A stretch of 64,000 nt of DNA. Origin: an uncultured Desulfatitalea sp. (GTDB lineage: Bacteria > Desulfobacterota > Desulfobacteria > Desulfobacterales > Desulfosarcinaceae). Shown here in pieces: positions 1-10,300 of the stretch (positions are counted from its first letter, which is position 1; the number at the start of each line of letters is the position of its first letter). The translations under genes were made by a program, and so were the position numbers. The stretch is taken from NCBI GenBank assembly GCA_963668675.2, contig CAXXMB010000002.1:1024001-1088000 (forward strand), given 5' to 3'. Under the pieces are notes generated by a model that worked only from the letters and a program-made list of their open reading frames with translations, ran no database searches and was not told the origin of the DNA.

Positions 1-102
1 CAATTATAATGACGGAACACCTTCACTTTCATACTTTCCGACGTTCAAACTTTCTTACTTATTTTTAACCTCCCGCTGAGCGGGACCCAGGAGACAAACC
101 CT

Positions 103-1548
103 ATGTCCCAAACCATCACCATCCAACCCATCACCCGCATCGAAGGGCACGCCTCCATCGGCATCACCCTGGACGACAGCGGCAACGTGGCCGACGCCAA
201 GCTCAGCTACATGTCCCTGCGCGGGTTCGAGAAATTCGTCGAAGGCAAACCGGCCGAAGAGGTGCCGCGCATCGTCAGCCGCATCTGCGGCATCTGCCCC
301 TGGATGCACCATCTGGCAGCCAACAAAGCGGTGGACGCCTGCTTCGGCGTCACCCCCACACCCGCCGGCAGCAAACTGCGCGAACTGATGCAGACCATCG
401 CCCACGCCGAAGACAAACTGCTGCACTTCTTCTTCCTGGCCGCCGCCGACTTTGTCATCGGCCCATCGGCCGACTACGCCGTGCGCAACGTCATCGGCAT
501 CGCCCAGGCCAATCCCGAGTTGGCCGCACGGGTGGTCAAAACCCGCCAGTTGGCCAAGATGATGCTCGACAAGTATTCCCGCAAAGCCATCCATCCGGTG
601 GCCGGCGTCACGGGTGGTTTTGCCAAACCGCTGCTCGAAGAAGAGCGCAAGGAGATGCTGGCGAACATGCAGGAGATCCTCGACTTCGCCCTCTTCACCA
701 TCGAATTCGCAAAAAAAGGCATCTTCCCCCAGTACATGGATGCCATCCAGAGCCTCGGTGTGATCACCACCGGCTTCATCGGCACGGTAGACGGCCAAGG
801 CGCCCTCAACCTTTATGACGGCCAGCTGCGCATCATGAAACCGGACGGCACCTGCACCGATTTCGACGCCGCCGACTACGCCGACTACATCAGCGAACAT
901 GTGGAACCCAACTCATACGGCAAATACCCTTACGCCAGCTTCTGGAACGAAGGCTTCTCCATGGACCTGGAGCAGCCCAAAGGCGTCTACCGCTCAAACA
1001 CCCTGGCGCGCATCAACGTCGCCGACCGGATGGCCACCCCCAGAGCCCAGGCCGAACTCGAAGAGTTCCGCAGTCTCTTCGGCCGCCCGGCCCAGGCCAC
1101 CCTGCTCTACCACTACGCCCGCCTCATCGAAGAGGTTTACGCCTGCGAACGGGCCATCGAAATCCTTCAGGACCCGGAGATCACCGATCCCAATGTCCGC
1201 GCCGACGTCACACCCGGCGCCGGCCGCGGCGTGGGCTGCGTCGAAGCCCCCCGCGGCACGCTGATCCACGACTACACCACCGACGAAAACGGATTGATCA
1301 AAACAGCCAACATGATCGTGGGAACCACCCACAACCTGGGCCCCATGAACATGAGCGTCAACCAGGCCGCACGCACGCTGATCAAGGACGGCAACGTCGA
1401 CGAAGGCATCCTCAATCAAATCGAGATGGCGGTGCGCGCCTACGACCCGTGAATCAGCTGCGCCACCCATCGCCTGGACGGCGATGCCGGAATGACCGTC
1501 AGCGTCTACGATGTAAACCATCAATTGATCCAGAAGTATCCCAACTGA
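103..1548 (+). CDS. mvhA: [NiFeSe] hydrogenase large subunit, group 3 (MvhA/VhuA-like, F420-non-reducing); selenoprotein, ~481 aa
   Basis: N-terminal TRIEGH and RICGICPWMH (L1 motif), EAPRGTLIH. The ORF track stops at RAYDP (TGA 1450-1452), but in-frame readthrough gives DP-U-ISCATH (L2 motif DPCxxCxxH) plus a short tail ending at TGA 1546-1548. Confidence 0.9.
1468..1486 (+). promoter_or_regulatory. Bacterial SECIS-like hairpin
   Basis: CATCGCC-TGGAC-GGCGATG perfect 7-bp stem; G-containing loop begins ~22 nt after the in-frame UGA. Confidence 0.75.
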
Positions 1549-1584
1549 CATATCGCCGCATGCCCTGTGCATGCCATACATCTC

Positions 1585-1633
1585 AAGGCCGGTGTGATGA
1601 AGCAAATTCAGCACACCGGCCTTTCCACCTTTT
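1585..1633 (+). terminator. Probable intrinsic terminator after the hydrogenase gene
   Basis: AAGGCCGGTGTG (1585-1596) / CACACCGGCCTT (1612-1623) 12-bp inverted repeat followed by a T-rich tract. Confidence 0.6.
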
Positions 1634-1716
1634 GGCCCACCGAACTTTTTCTCAAAATGGATTGTGATTTTTCGATGAAAACGCTAATATTTCCCAATTC
1701 ATAACGTTCGTTGGCC

Positions 1717-2160
1717 ATGACATTAAATGAAACGTTTCGGGCGATGCGGGAAAAAAGACTACTGGAGAGAGTGCGAGCGATAGACGAAGACCCGGACTGG
1801 CGGGGCGAAACCGACCCGAAATTGGCCATCGCATCGGTATCGGGACACTTGGGCAAGATCCTGAACACACGCCAGGGCAGCGCCCCCACTGCCACGGAAC
1901 TCGGCATGCCCGACTTCACCAGCGTCACCAGTTCACTCAGCGCAGACACCCTGCCCGAAATGGCGGAGACCATCAGCAGGGTCATCACCCAATATGAGCC
2001 ACGCCTGACCGACGTGAAGGTCGATGTCGATACCCGAAATGAAAAGTCGTTCATGGTCGGGTTCAAACTGGCCGCCAAGGTACGCGTGGACGACAAAGAA
2101 ATACCGGTGGTCTTTGAAACCGTACTCAATTCTGACGGCCATATCAGTGTGTTGGAGTAA
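1717..2160 (+). CDS. tssE: T6SS baseplate subunit TssE (gp25-like); start may be ATG 1744
   Basis: RLLER...HLGKILNTRQGS..ELGMPDF...ITQYEPRL motifs; directly upstream of tssF. Confidence 0.85.
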   Translation: MTLNETFRAMREKRLLERVRAIDEDPDWRGETDPKLAIASVSGHLGKILNTRQGSAPTATELGMPDFTSVTSSLSADTLPEMAETISRVITQYEPRLTDVKVDVDTRNEKSFMVGFKLAAKVRVDDKEIPVVFETVLNSDGHISVLE

Positions 2161-2166
2161 AACAAG

Positions 2167-3897
2167 GTGATCGGTAAATACTACCAACGGGAACTGGCCA
2201 ACCTGCGCAACCTGGCCAAGGAGTTCGCCGAGGCGCACCCGGCCCTGGCCCCCATGCTCAGCGGCCAGTCCACCGATCCCGATGTGGAGCGACTGCTCGA
2301 AGGGACCGCCTTTCTTTCGGGCCTGATCTACGAAAAACTGGACAACGATTTTCCGGAGATCATTCACGGACTGATTCAGCTTATCTTCCCCCACTACCTG
2401 AGGCCGATCCCGTCGGCCACGCTGATCCGCTTTACCCCCAAACGCAGCCTGCGCGAGATCATCGTCATCGAGAAGGGGACCGCCATTGACGCGGTGGAGA
2501 CAGAAGGCACCCGCTGCACCTTCACCACCCGCTATGACGTGGCCCTCTCCCCCCTGTCGGTCGCTGCAGTCCATTTCAGTATCCAGGGTGACGGACAGGG
2601 GGTGCTGAGCATCGAGCTGCTGCTCGAGGGAATGGACGCAACGGCCTTCCAACCCGGCAGCCTCCGGTTTCATCTGGCCGGCGTTTATGCCGAAGCATCC
2701 AGGCGGTACTGGATGATGTTTACCCGATTGCGCAATGTCACCCTGAAAACAGGCGACGGTCGAGCCATCGCTTTGGGGAAGGAGGCCGTCCGCCCGGTCG
2801 GATTCGACGAGGAGGAGGCCCTGATTCCATTTCCGGCCCGCTCGTTTCCCGGCTACCGTATTTTGCAGGAGTATTTCATCCTGCCGGAGAAGTTTCTCTT
2901 TTTCGATGTGACCGGCCTGGACCAGTGGCGCAAAAGAGGTGCCGGATCGCGTTTCACGCTCGAATTCGAGTTCGCCGGCCTTCCCCAGGATTTGCCGCCC
3001 ATGCAGGCGGACCATTTCCAGCTCTTCGTCACTCCGGCCCTCAACCTCTTTCAACACCACGCCGACCCCATCGTTCTCGACCAGAAGAAAGCAGAGTACC
3101 CCATCCGGGCCGGCGGCACCCAACCGCAGCACTATCAGATCTACGCGCTGAACAAGGTCACCGGATTCATCCAGGGCACGGTGAAGGAGCGGGAATATCT
3201 GCCCTTTGAGCTCTTCAACCCGCAGGTGGAAGCCACCCCTGTCTACGCCGTCCACCACCGTCTCTCCCCTATGGACAATAAGGCCGAGCTGCATCTATCC
3301 GTGGCCTATCCCGGGGGATCTGCGGAGTCGACGCCCGAAACCCTCTCCATGGACATCATGTGCACCAACGGTTCCCTTACGGAGGCCTTGCGCCCCGGGG
3401 ATGTGCGGCTGCCCACCGAGTCCTCTCCGGAACTGGCTAAATTTACCAATGTCCGGGCGCCCACTGCACCCGTCCAGCCCCCGTTGGGCAAGAACCTGCT
3501 CTGGCGGTTGCTCTCCCATCTCTTTTTGAACTATCTGTCCGTGGCCGATGCGGAAAACCTGCGCTCCGTGCTCAAGCTCTACATCTTCACGGAAACAAAA
3601 GACAGGGCCGCGCTCTTGTCCAATACCCAGCGTGTGGAAGGCATCCAGGAACTCGAGGTTCGGGCGTCGGACCGCTTTGTTAATGGGCAGTTGCTGCGCG
3701 GCCAGGAGATCAATGTACGCATCGACCGGCAGGGATTTACCGGAGTAGGGGATCTGTATCTGTTCGGCTCGGTGCTCGATGTGTTTCTGGGCAATTACGC
3801 CGCCATCAATGCTTACACCCGGCTGACCGTTGAGGACACTTCAGGCAAGGAGCGTATGACATGGCCCATTCGTCTGGGCGACAGGATCCTGCTGTAG
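2167..3897 (+). CDS. tssF: T6SS baseplate subunit TssF
   Basis: YYQREL...DPDVERLLEGTAFL, PHYLRPIPS, GYRILQEYFILPEKFLF, LWRLLSHLFLNYLS; 576 aa. Confidence 0.95.
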   Translation: MIGKYYQRELANLRNLAKEFAEAHPALAPMLSGQSTDPDVERLLEGTAFLSGLIYEKLDNDFPEIIHGLIQLIFPHYLRPIPSATLIRFTPKRSLREIIVIEKGTAIDAVETEGTRCTFTTRYDVALSPLSVAAVHFSIQGDGQGVLSIELLLEGMDATAFQPGSLRFHLAGVYAEASRRYWMMFTRLRNVTLKTGDGRAIALGKEAVRPVGFDEEEALIPFPARSFPGYRILQEYFILPEKFLFFDVTGLDQWRKRGAGSRFTLEFEFAGLPQDLPPMQADHFQLFVTPALNLFQHHADPIVLDQKKAEYPIRAGGTQPQHYQIYALNKVTGFIQGTVKEREYLPFELFNPQVEATPVYAVHHRLSPMDNKAELHLSVAYPGGSAESTPETLSMDIMCTNGSLTEALRPGDVRLPTESSPELAKFTNVRAPTAPVQPPLGKNLLWRLLSHLFLNYLSVADAENLRSVLKLYIFTETKDRAALLSNTQRVEGIQELEVRASDRFVNGQLLRGQEINVRIDRQGFTGVGDLYLFGSVLDVFLGNYAAINAYTRLTVEDTSGKERMTWPIRLGDRILL

Positions 3898-4931
3898 GCA
3901 CCACCCGACAGCATAGATCCCCCCCACCATCGACCATACTGGAGGAGCTGCTTGAAACACCCAAGGAGTTCTCCTTCACCCAGGCCATACGAGTGCTCAA
4001 GCAGGCATTCGGCCCTAAAGGGTCGCAGGGGAAGGACATATTTTTAAAACAACAGTTGAGGGTTCGCCCCTATCTCTCCCTCGGATTCCCCCCCAATGAT
4101 CTGGTCGACATCGAAGAGGTCCCCGGGGAGAGCGAAGACGAACCGGATGCCTTGCGCCGCTTCAGGATGACCGCCACGTTTCTCGGACTCTACGGCCCCT
4201 CATCCCCTTTGCCGACTTACTACACCGAAGAGCTGCTCGACGAACAGAGTGAGGACAAAAGCGTCAGCCGGGACTTTCTGGATATCGTCAACCACGGTTT
4301 CTTCGTTCTGTTCACCCTGGCCGACAGTTACTACCGCCTTAGCCGACAATTGTGCGAAGAGAACGACCATGACATTCTGTTGCGCCTCTTCGCATTGGTC
4401 GGGCTGGGGCACGAAGAGATGCTGAAACGCATCTTCCACACTCCCGGGGCGCTTCTGAGGTCAGTGGGCCTGCTGACCCAGTTCCCCCGCTCTGCCGCCG
4501 GATTGCGCGGCCTGCTGGCCGACCGCATCGGTGCTCCGGTAAGAGTGAAGCAGTGCGAGCCGCGCCATGCAACCATCCCTGAGGACCAATGTTGCTGCCT
4601 GAACCGGGAGGAGAACGCCCTGGGACAGGGCGCATGGATCGGCTTCACCACCCCCGATGCCATGGGTAAAATCGCCATCATCGCCGGGCCCCTGGATGGT
4701 ACCACCTACAGGCGGTTCCTCCCCGGGCAGCAGGATTACGATGAACTTCTGAAGTTGATCCGGTTTTACTGCACCCAACCCCTGGCGTTCGACCTGACGT
4801 TTGTGCTTGGCCCCGGCGAGGCGCAACCCGGAAGAGTTGGAGAGGAGCACTGGTCCCAACTGGGATATGATGTTTGGCTGGCCCCGGAGGCCGCTTCAGA
4901 ATCCCGCGCGCTCTTTCCCGAACGTGGATGA
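3861..4931 (+). CDS. tssG: T6SS baseplate subunit TssG
   Basis: FSFTQAIRVL, LSLGFPP, FLGLYGPSSPLPTYYTE, RDFLDIVNH; overlaps the end of tssF, as is typical. Confidence 0.93.
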   Translation: MAHSSGRQDPAVGTTRQHRSPPPSTILEELLETPKEFSFTQAIRVLKQAFGPKGSQGKDIFLKQQLRVRPYLSLGFPPNDLVDIEEVPGESEDEPDALRRFRMTATFLGLYGPSSPLPTYYTEELLDEQSEDKSVSRDFLDIVNHGFFVLFTLADSYYRLSRQLCEENDHDILLRLFALVGLGHEEMLKRIFHTPGALLRSVGLLTQFPRSAAGLRGLLADRIGAPVRVKQCEPRHATIPEDQCCCLNREENALGQGAWIGFTTPDAMGKIAIIAGPLDGTTYRRFLPGQQDYDELLKLIRFYCTQPLAFDLTFVLGPGEAQPGRVGEEHWSQLGYDVWLAPEAASESRALFPERG

Positions 4932-5042
4932 ATCGGGCAGGAATCGCCGCGATTCCGGTCTGTGGAGAAAAGATAGAGCAATGAACGTTGAAACAGAAGC
5001 ATTGAAAGCGCCTGTTCCATTTATATTGATGGGAGTTGAACC

Positions 5043-6440
5043 ATGAGTGACGGCCCGATTTACTGGCACCCCGGACTTTTTCTGCAGCCACAGCATTTTC
5101 AGATCATGCAGCGCCGGACAACCGACGCCCTGGCCCCTTTCGTGGCGAACATGACCCCCTATTTCTGGGGCGTGGCTTCGGCGTCGATCAACGAGGGGGC
5201 CCTGGCCGCCGGGCGCCTGGAAATGGCGCGAATCGAACTGCTTTTCCCCTCCGCCACCGAGATGATCGCATATCCCGGCAATGCGGTCTGCGCGGGACGC
5301 CAGATATCCAAGGAGTCGATTCCCGTGGACAGCGCCGTGACCGTCTATGTGGGCCTCAGGGGGGTGAAACCCGGCGAGACCAATGTGACCGAGGCAGAAA
5401 ACGCCGAAGAGATGGCCACCGCCCCAACCCGCATGGCCGTTGCGGTGGCACCGGAACGTGTTCCGGACAGCTATGGCAACGCACCGCCCGCCGAGGTGCG
5501 GCGAATGGCCTACGTGCTGAACATGATCTTCGAATACGAACTTGACCAGGCCGGCGATTTCGATCTGATCCCGGTGGCCCGCTTGATGCGCGAAGGCGAC
5601 CGTATCACCCTCGATGCGGCGTTTGTGCCCCCCTGCCTGACCCTCTCCGCCTCATCGGTGCTGGCCACCATGCTGAGGGAGATCCGGGACCGGGTCCTGG
5701 GCCGGGCGCGCCAGCTCGAAGGCTATAAAAACCTCTCCGTGGGGCAACCCGCCTCGGGAGATTTTACACTGCTGCTCATGGGGCTGCGCACCCTCTCGCG
5801 ATTTGCGGCCCGTCTGGACCATGCCGCCTCGGCGCCATGCCTATCGCCATGGGAGGCCTACGGTATGCTGAAAGAGCTGGTGGCGGAACTCTCCGTCTTC
5901 TCACTGAACATCAGCGTATTGGGCGAAGATTGGCAGGACGAAAAGCAGGTGCCCGATTACGAGCACACCCGATTGGGAAACTGCTTCCGCACCACGTGTG
6001 ATTTGATCATCCGCCTGCTCGAAGGCATCTCTGCGGGCCCGCGCTTCGTAACCCGCTTCCAATTCAACGATCCTTACTGGACGGCGGAGATACCGTTGCA
6101 GATACTGGAGGAGGCCAAAACCTCGGGGGGCCAGTTCTGGCTGGTCCTTCATTCGGAAAGCATCGCCCCGGACGCACTGTCCGATTCGGCAGCGCGGTTG
6201 CTCAAACTCTCCTCCCCCGACGGCATGAAATCCCTTCTGGTCCGGGCGCTGCCGGGCATCCCCCTGACCCTGTCGGAGAGTCCTCCCCCGGGAATGCCCC
6301 GCATGCAGGGGGCCCTTTACTTTAGAATCGGCCGGGAGGCGCCCCTCTGGGCCGAAGTGGAAAAAGACGGCAAAGTCTGTATGCATTGGACCGATGCCCC
6401 GGAAGATCTGGACGCGCAATTGGCGCTCCTCGCGAGGTAA
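5043..6440 (+). CDS. tssK: T6SS baseplate subunit TssK
   Basis: IYWHPGLFLQPQHFQ, YFWGV, FVPPCL, RALPGIPL; 465 aa. Confidence 0.93.
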   Translation: MSDGPIYWHPGLFLQPQHFQIMQRRTTDALAPFVANMTPYFWGVASASINEGALAAGRLEMARIELLFPSATEMIAYPGNAVCAGRQISKESIPVDSAVTVYVGLRGVKPGETNVTEAENAEEMATAPTRMAVAVAPERVPDSYGNAPPAEVRRMAYVLNMIFEYELDQAGDFDLIPVARLMREGDRITLDAAFVPPCLTLSASSVLATMLREIRDRVLGRARQLEGYKNLSVGQPASGDFTLLLMGLRTLSRFAARLDHAASAPCLSPWEAYGMLKELVAELSVFSLNISVLGEDWQDEKQVPDYEHTRLGNCFRTTCDLIIRLLEGISAGPRFVTRFQFNDPYWTAEIPLQILEEAKTSGGQFWLVLHSESIAPDALSDSAARLLKLSSPDGMKSLLVRALPGIPLTLSESPPPGMPRMQGALYFRIGREAPLWAEVEKDGKVCMHWTDAPEDLDAQLALLAR

Positions 6441-6443
6441 CTT

Positions 6444-7151
6444 ATGGCCCTGATCGACCACTTCCTGCCCCCCCTGGCCTTCGCCGCCATGCTGGCATCG
6501 GAGGAGAACCTGGCGGATACCCCCTACGATAAGGCCCGTGCCGACATGGACCGGCTTCTCGACCAGGCGGTGGAGAAGGCGCGTCTGGAGAGATCGGACC
6601 AGGGCGAAAATGCGCTGTTCGCTGTGTGCGCCTTCGCCGATGAAGCGATCCTCGATTCGTACTGGCCCGGCAGGGATCAATGGATCACGCACAAACTGCA
6701 AACCTGCCGCTTCAACACGGCTAACGCAGGCCTGGAGTTCTTCGAACGATTGGAAAGCCTGTGCAGGGGCATGACGCCAAACGAGACAGAGGGGACCGAA
6801 TCGAACGATGAAGCATCGGGGTCATACGAACGCTTGCGGGAGGCGCTCGAAGTGTACGTGGCCTGCCTGACCCTTGGATTCAAGGGCAGGTACAACGACG
6901 ACCAGGAGGCAATCGACCGGCTGGCCGATGCAAACCTTGAGCGGCTACTCGTCAAAAGCGGGCTATCGAAGGAGAGGGTCTTTCCGGAAGCTTATACCGC
7001 TGCGCTTCCGCCCCTCGAGCCCTCCGGCTTGTCGCCGGCCGTAAAGAACCTGATCCTATTTGGAGGTCCATTGCTGGTGGCCATCGTCATCTACGCAACC
7101 TATGCGACCCTGTTATCCGCATTTGTTCGCAATTGGCTTGAAATGTTGTGA
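6444..7151 (+). CDS. tssL: T6SS inner-membrane protein TssL (DotU family)
   Basis: ALFAVCAFADEAIL, NAGLEFFERL, EVYVACLTLGFKGRY, C-terminal TM helix; no OmpA domain. Confidence 0.92.
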   Translation: MALIDHFLPPLAFAAMLASEENLADTPYDKARADMDRLLDQAVEKARLERSDQGENALFAVCAFADEAILDSYWPGRDQWITHKLQTCRFNTANAGLEFFERLESLCRGMTPNETEGTESNDEASGSYERLREALEVYVACLTLGFKGRYNDDQEAIDRLADANLERLLVKSGLSKERVFPEAYTAALPPLEPSGLSPAVKNLILFGGPLLVAIVIYATYATLLSAFVRNWLEML

Positions 7152-7163
7152 TTCAATCAAGAC

Positions 7164-7342
7164 AGGTATGAAAGTATGAAAGCTAAGGAACCCTATCTAC
7201 TAGAGACGCAGCTATCCAAATCAGGGTCATACCTGCAGATGCCGCCAATTCCATTGTGGCCGCACAAAAAGGCTAAAACAGACAGAATACCTCAACTTTC
7301 ATACTTTCATACTTTCATGCTTTCTTACTTTCATACGTTGCA
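7164..7342. repeat. Intergenic element bracketed by inverted 8-mer tandem arrays (ATGAAAGT / ACTTTCAT)
   Basis: AGGTATGAAAGTATGAAAGCTAAGG at 7164-7188; AACTTTCA-TACTTTCA-TACTTTCA-TGCTTTCT-TACTTTCA-TACGTTGC at 7294-7341; similar arrays near 24-60 and 35859-35885. Confidence 0.75.
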
Positions 7343-7365
7343 CTAAGAACCAGCTCAGGGATAAT

Positions 7366-10300
7366 ATGACAAAATTACTCCTCTCAGCCCTTAAAATCTT
7401 CCTTCTGCTAATCCTGGTTGCCGCCGCCGGTTTAGGCGCTGTGCTGCTGGCCGACCATATGGAGTGGCCCCGTTGGGTTGCGGCCGTGGCTGTGCTCGGG
7501 CTCTTTTTCTTCATTGTGCTGATCCTGTTTCTACGTCGTTTCTACTTTCGCCGCCGGGAGGCCAAATTCGTCAAACGGGTGGTCGAGCAGGACCAAAAGG
7601 CCATCGATGCCGCCCCGACACACGAACGCCGACGACTCGTGGAGTTGCAGGAGCGCTGGGCGACTGCCGTCGCCACCCTGCGCGATTCGCGCCTGAACCA
7701 ACGCGGCGACCCCCTTTACAGCCTGCCCTGGTTTATGATCTTCGGCGAGACGGCATCGGGAAAATCCACGGCCGTATCCCATGCCAGGCTTAAGAACATC
7801 CTCACCGATGCCGGGCCCGCCAAAGGCATTGCCAGCACAAGGAACTGCGACTGGTGGTTTTTTGAAAACGCCGTCATCCTAGACTCGGCCGGCCGCTATG
7901 CCGTGCCGCTGGAGGATGAGGACCGCGGCGAGTGGGAACGCTTTCTGACGCTGCTGGCCAAGTATCGGCGCAAGGAGCCGCTCAACGGACTCATCGTCAC
8001 CCTGCCGGCCGACCGGCTGCTCAACGACGATGCCGACGCACTTGCGGAATACGGCCGTTCGATCCGGCTGCGCATCGATCAACTGATGCGCGTACTCGGG
8101 GCCAAATTCCCCGTCTATCTATTAATCACCAAAATAGACCTGGTCCTCGGCATGACCGCCATGGCCGACATTCTGCCGGAGCAGCTGCGCGGCCAGGCCA
8201 TGGGACTGCTGAACGATTGCGAAGCATGCAACCCCGAGGAATTTCTCGACAGCACCATCGACCACATCTCACGCAGGCTCAAAGATCTGCGACTCCAACT
8301 GGCCGCCACGGTGGGCAAGGCCGGCGGCCGGGCCGTGCTCTTCCCGGATGAATTTGAACGGTTGTCGCCGGGCATCCGCTCCTTTGTCGGCGGCGCATTC
8401 AGTGAAAACCCTTACCAGGAAACTCCTTTTCTGCGCGGCCTTTTCATCTCCAGCGGACGCCAGTCCGGCCTGGCCCGGTCTGGCATACTTGGCTCCCTGG
8501 AGAGTTTTAAAGAACGTGAATGGCGACTGCCGGACACCGTCAAAGGTCTCTTTCTGCACGACCTGTTCGGCGCCATCCTGCCCAGGGATCGAAGCGGATT
8601 TCGCCCGCTGGTCGAATATCTCTCCTGGCGCAAAGCCACCGGCAATCTGGCCCTTGCCGCCTGGCTGCTGCTGCTGCTTACCGGCATTGGCGCGGCCAGC
8701 TTCGGCTACGTCCACGTCCGCCAGGCCATGCAGCCGGTTTACGCCTCGTTCCATCAGCCCCAACAGCTGGGGGCCGATCTGGCCCAGGACATGGTCACCC
8801 TTGGATTGCTGCGGGACAGAATTTCTGAAATGGAGCAGCACCTGGGCAGCCGAATCTGGTTGACCGTGGGATTCCGCCAGGGAGACAAAGCGCTCATCGG
8901 ACTGAAGGAAAAATACTGTCAGTGGTTCCGCACCTTTATCCTGAATCCCACTGACGAAGCGATGAAAAAGACCTTCATGGATAGCGAAAACCATGGACAC
9001 AGCGGCACCATGGCGCCCTACCTGGAATATCTGGTCTGGCGGGTGGAGATTCTCAAGGCACGTGAAGCCGACAACCTCAAATCCAATGCAAAGGGGCAAG
9101 CAGGACCTGTGCAAGCACTGGCCATCGCATTCGGTGGCCGCCTGCCCTATGTTACCGCCTATTTCACAGACATGTACCGCTCCTATGCCATCTGGGAACC
9201 GGACCCGGGAATTCTCCGACGGGAACATACGGAGATGCAGGTGTGGGCCAACCGGATCATTGACATCGAAGGCCGTGATCTGCACTGGCTCACCGAATGG
9301 GCCAATGCCAAGGCCGACCTTAGCGATGTCACCCTGGACGACTTCTGGTCGGGCGCCGGTCGGGTGGACCATCCCCCCCGGGTGCCGCGATCCTTTACGA
9401 CCGCAGGCAGGGCGGCGATCCAGAAGCTGATCGATCAGCTCTCGTTGGTAGCAGCGGACAATAACGCTTTTGACAAGCGAATTTCAGACTTCCAGGGATG
9501 GTATGCCCAGGCCTACCTTCTGCACTGGTCGAGCTTCGCACGGGATTTCGGCATGGGAATGGGCAAACTCAGGGATCGGCAGGACTGGATGGGAGCCGCA
9601 GCGGCCATGGCCACCTTGAACAATCCCTACTTCAAGCTCATCACCCGGATGGAAAACGAACTGGATGCCATCCGGGATATCGCTCCCCACGCCGACCTCG
9701 ACCGGCTGGCCAAGGAGTTTGTCTATATCGCCAACAGCTACAAGGCCAAGCAGTCGAAAGCCACCCTGGAAACCAAAATCGCAGATAAAATCAAACGGAT
9801 GGAAGCCCACCTGGAACGGCTGGACGACACGCTTGCAGCCGCCGAGGTGTTCACCGGGTACATGCAGCAACTGGACGCGATCGTCCCGAAGACGGCCACC
9901 ATGAACGCGGCCTACCACTTCTCCCTGCAGAGTTACGGTCTGGGTAGCGCCGATGGAATATCCTCCCCCGTAGTGTTGGCCCAGGCCGCTATCGACAAAA
10001 TGCGTTCGCTGGTGGGCAAAGCCCCATCCGAAGAAGAGTCGGTCTGGCGCCTGGTGGAAGGTCCTCTGCAATTTCTGGTGACCCTGATCACTTATGAAAC
10101 AGCGTGCGGGATAAACGACCTGTGGCAGTCACAGGTGGTGGCCGAAACGGTTCACATCCCCCAGCGCCAGATGTGGAATGCCCTCTTCGGCAACCAGGGG
10201 GTCGCCGACAAATTTCTCTCCGAATCAGCTAAACCTTTTTTAAAACGCACCCGCAACGGATGGTCCTCCGGCACCTGGCTGGGCGTCTCCTTCCCGTTCC

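Noticed and set aside
1450..1452. TGA as a true stop or pseudogene-causing nonsense codon in the hydrogenase
   Set aside because: It sits exactly on a nickel-ligand Cys position, the frame continues with SCATH, and a SECIS-like hairpin follows
1933..3294. Long antisense/alternate-frame ORFs (also 8269-9372, 11070-12293, 28765-29892, 30940-32250, 55943-57226, 59636-60649)
   Set aside because: Shadows of well-supported genes in GC-rich DNA; no recognisable motifs
4801..5046. Small ORF between tssG and tssK as the missing tssJ
   Set aside because: Overlaps tssG, has no signal peptide or lipobox, and is too short
7294..7342. 8-mer array as a CRISPR or coding repeat (ORF 7299-7514 minus)
   Set aside because: No spacers; the ORF is mostly antisense to tssM and its MKV repeats simply translate the array
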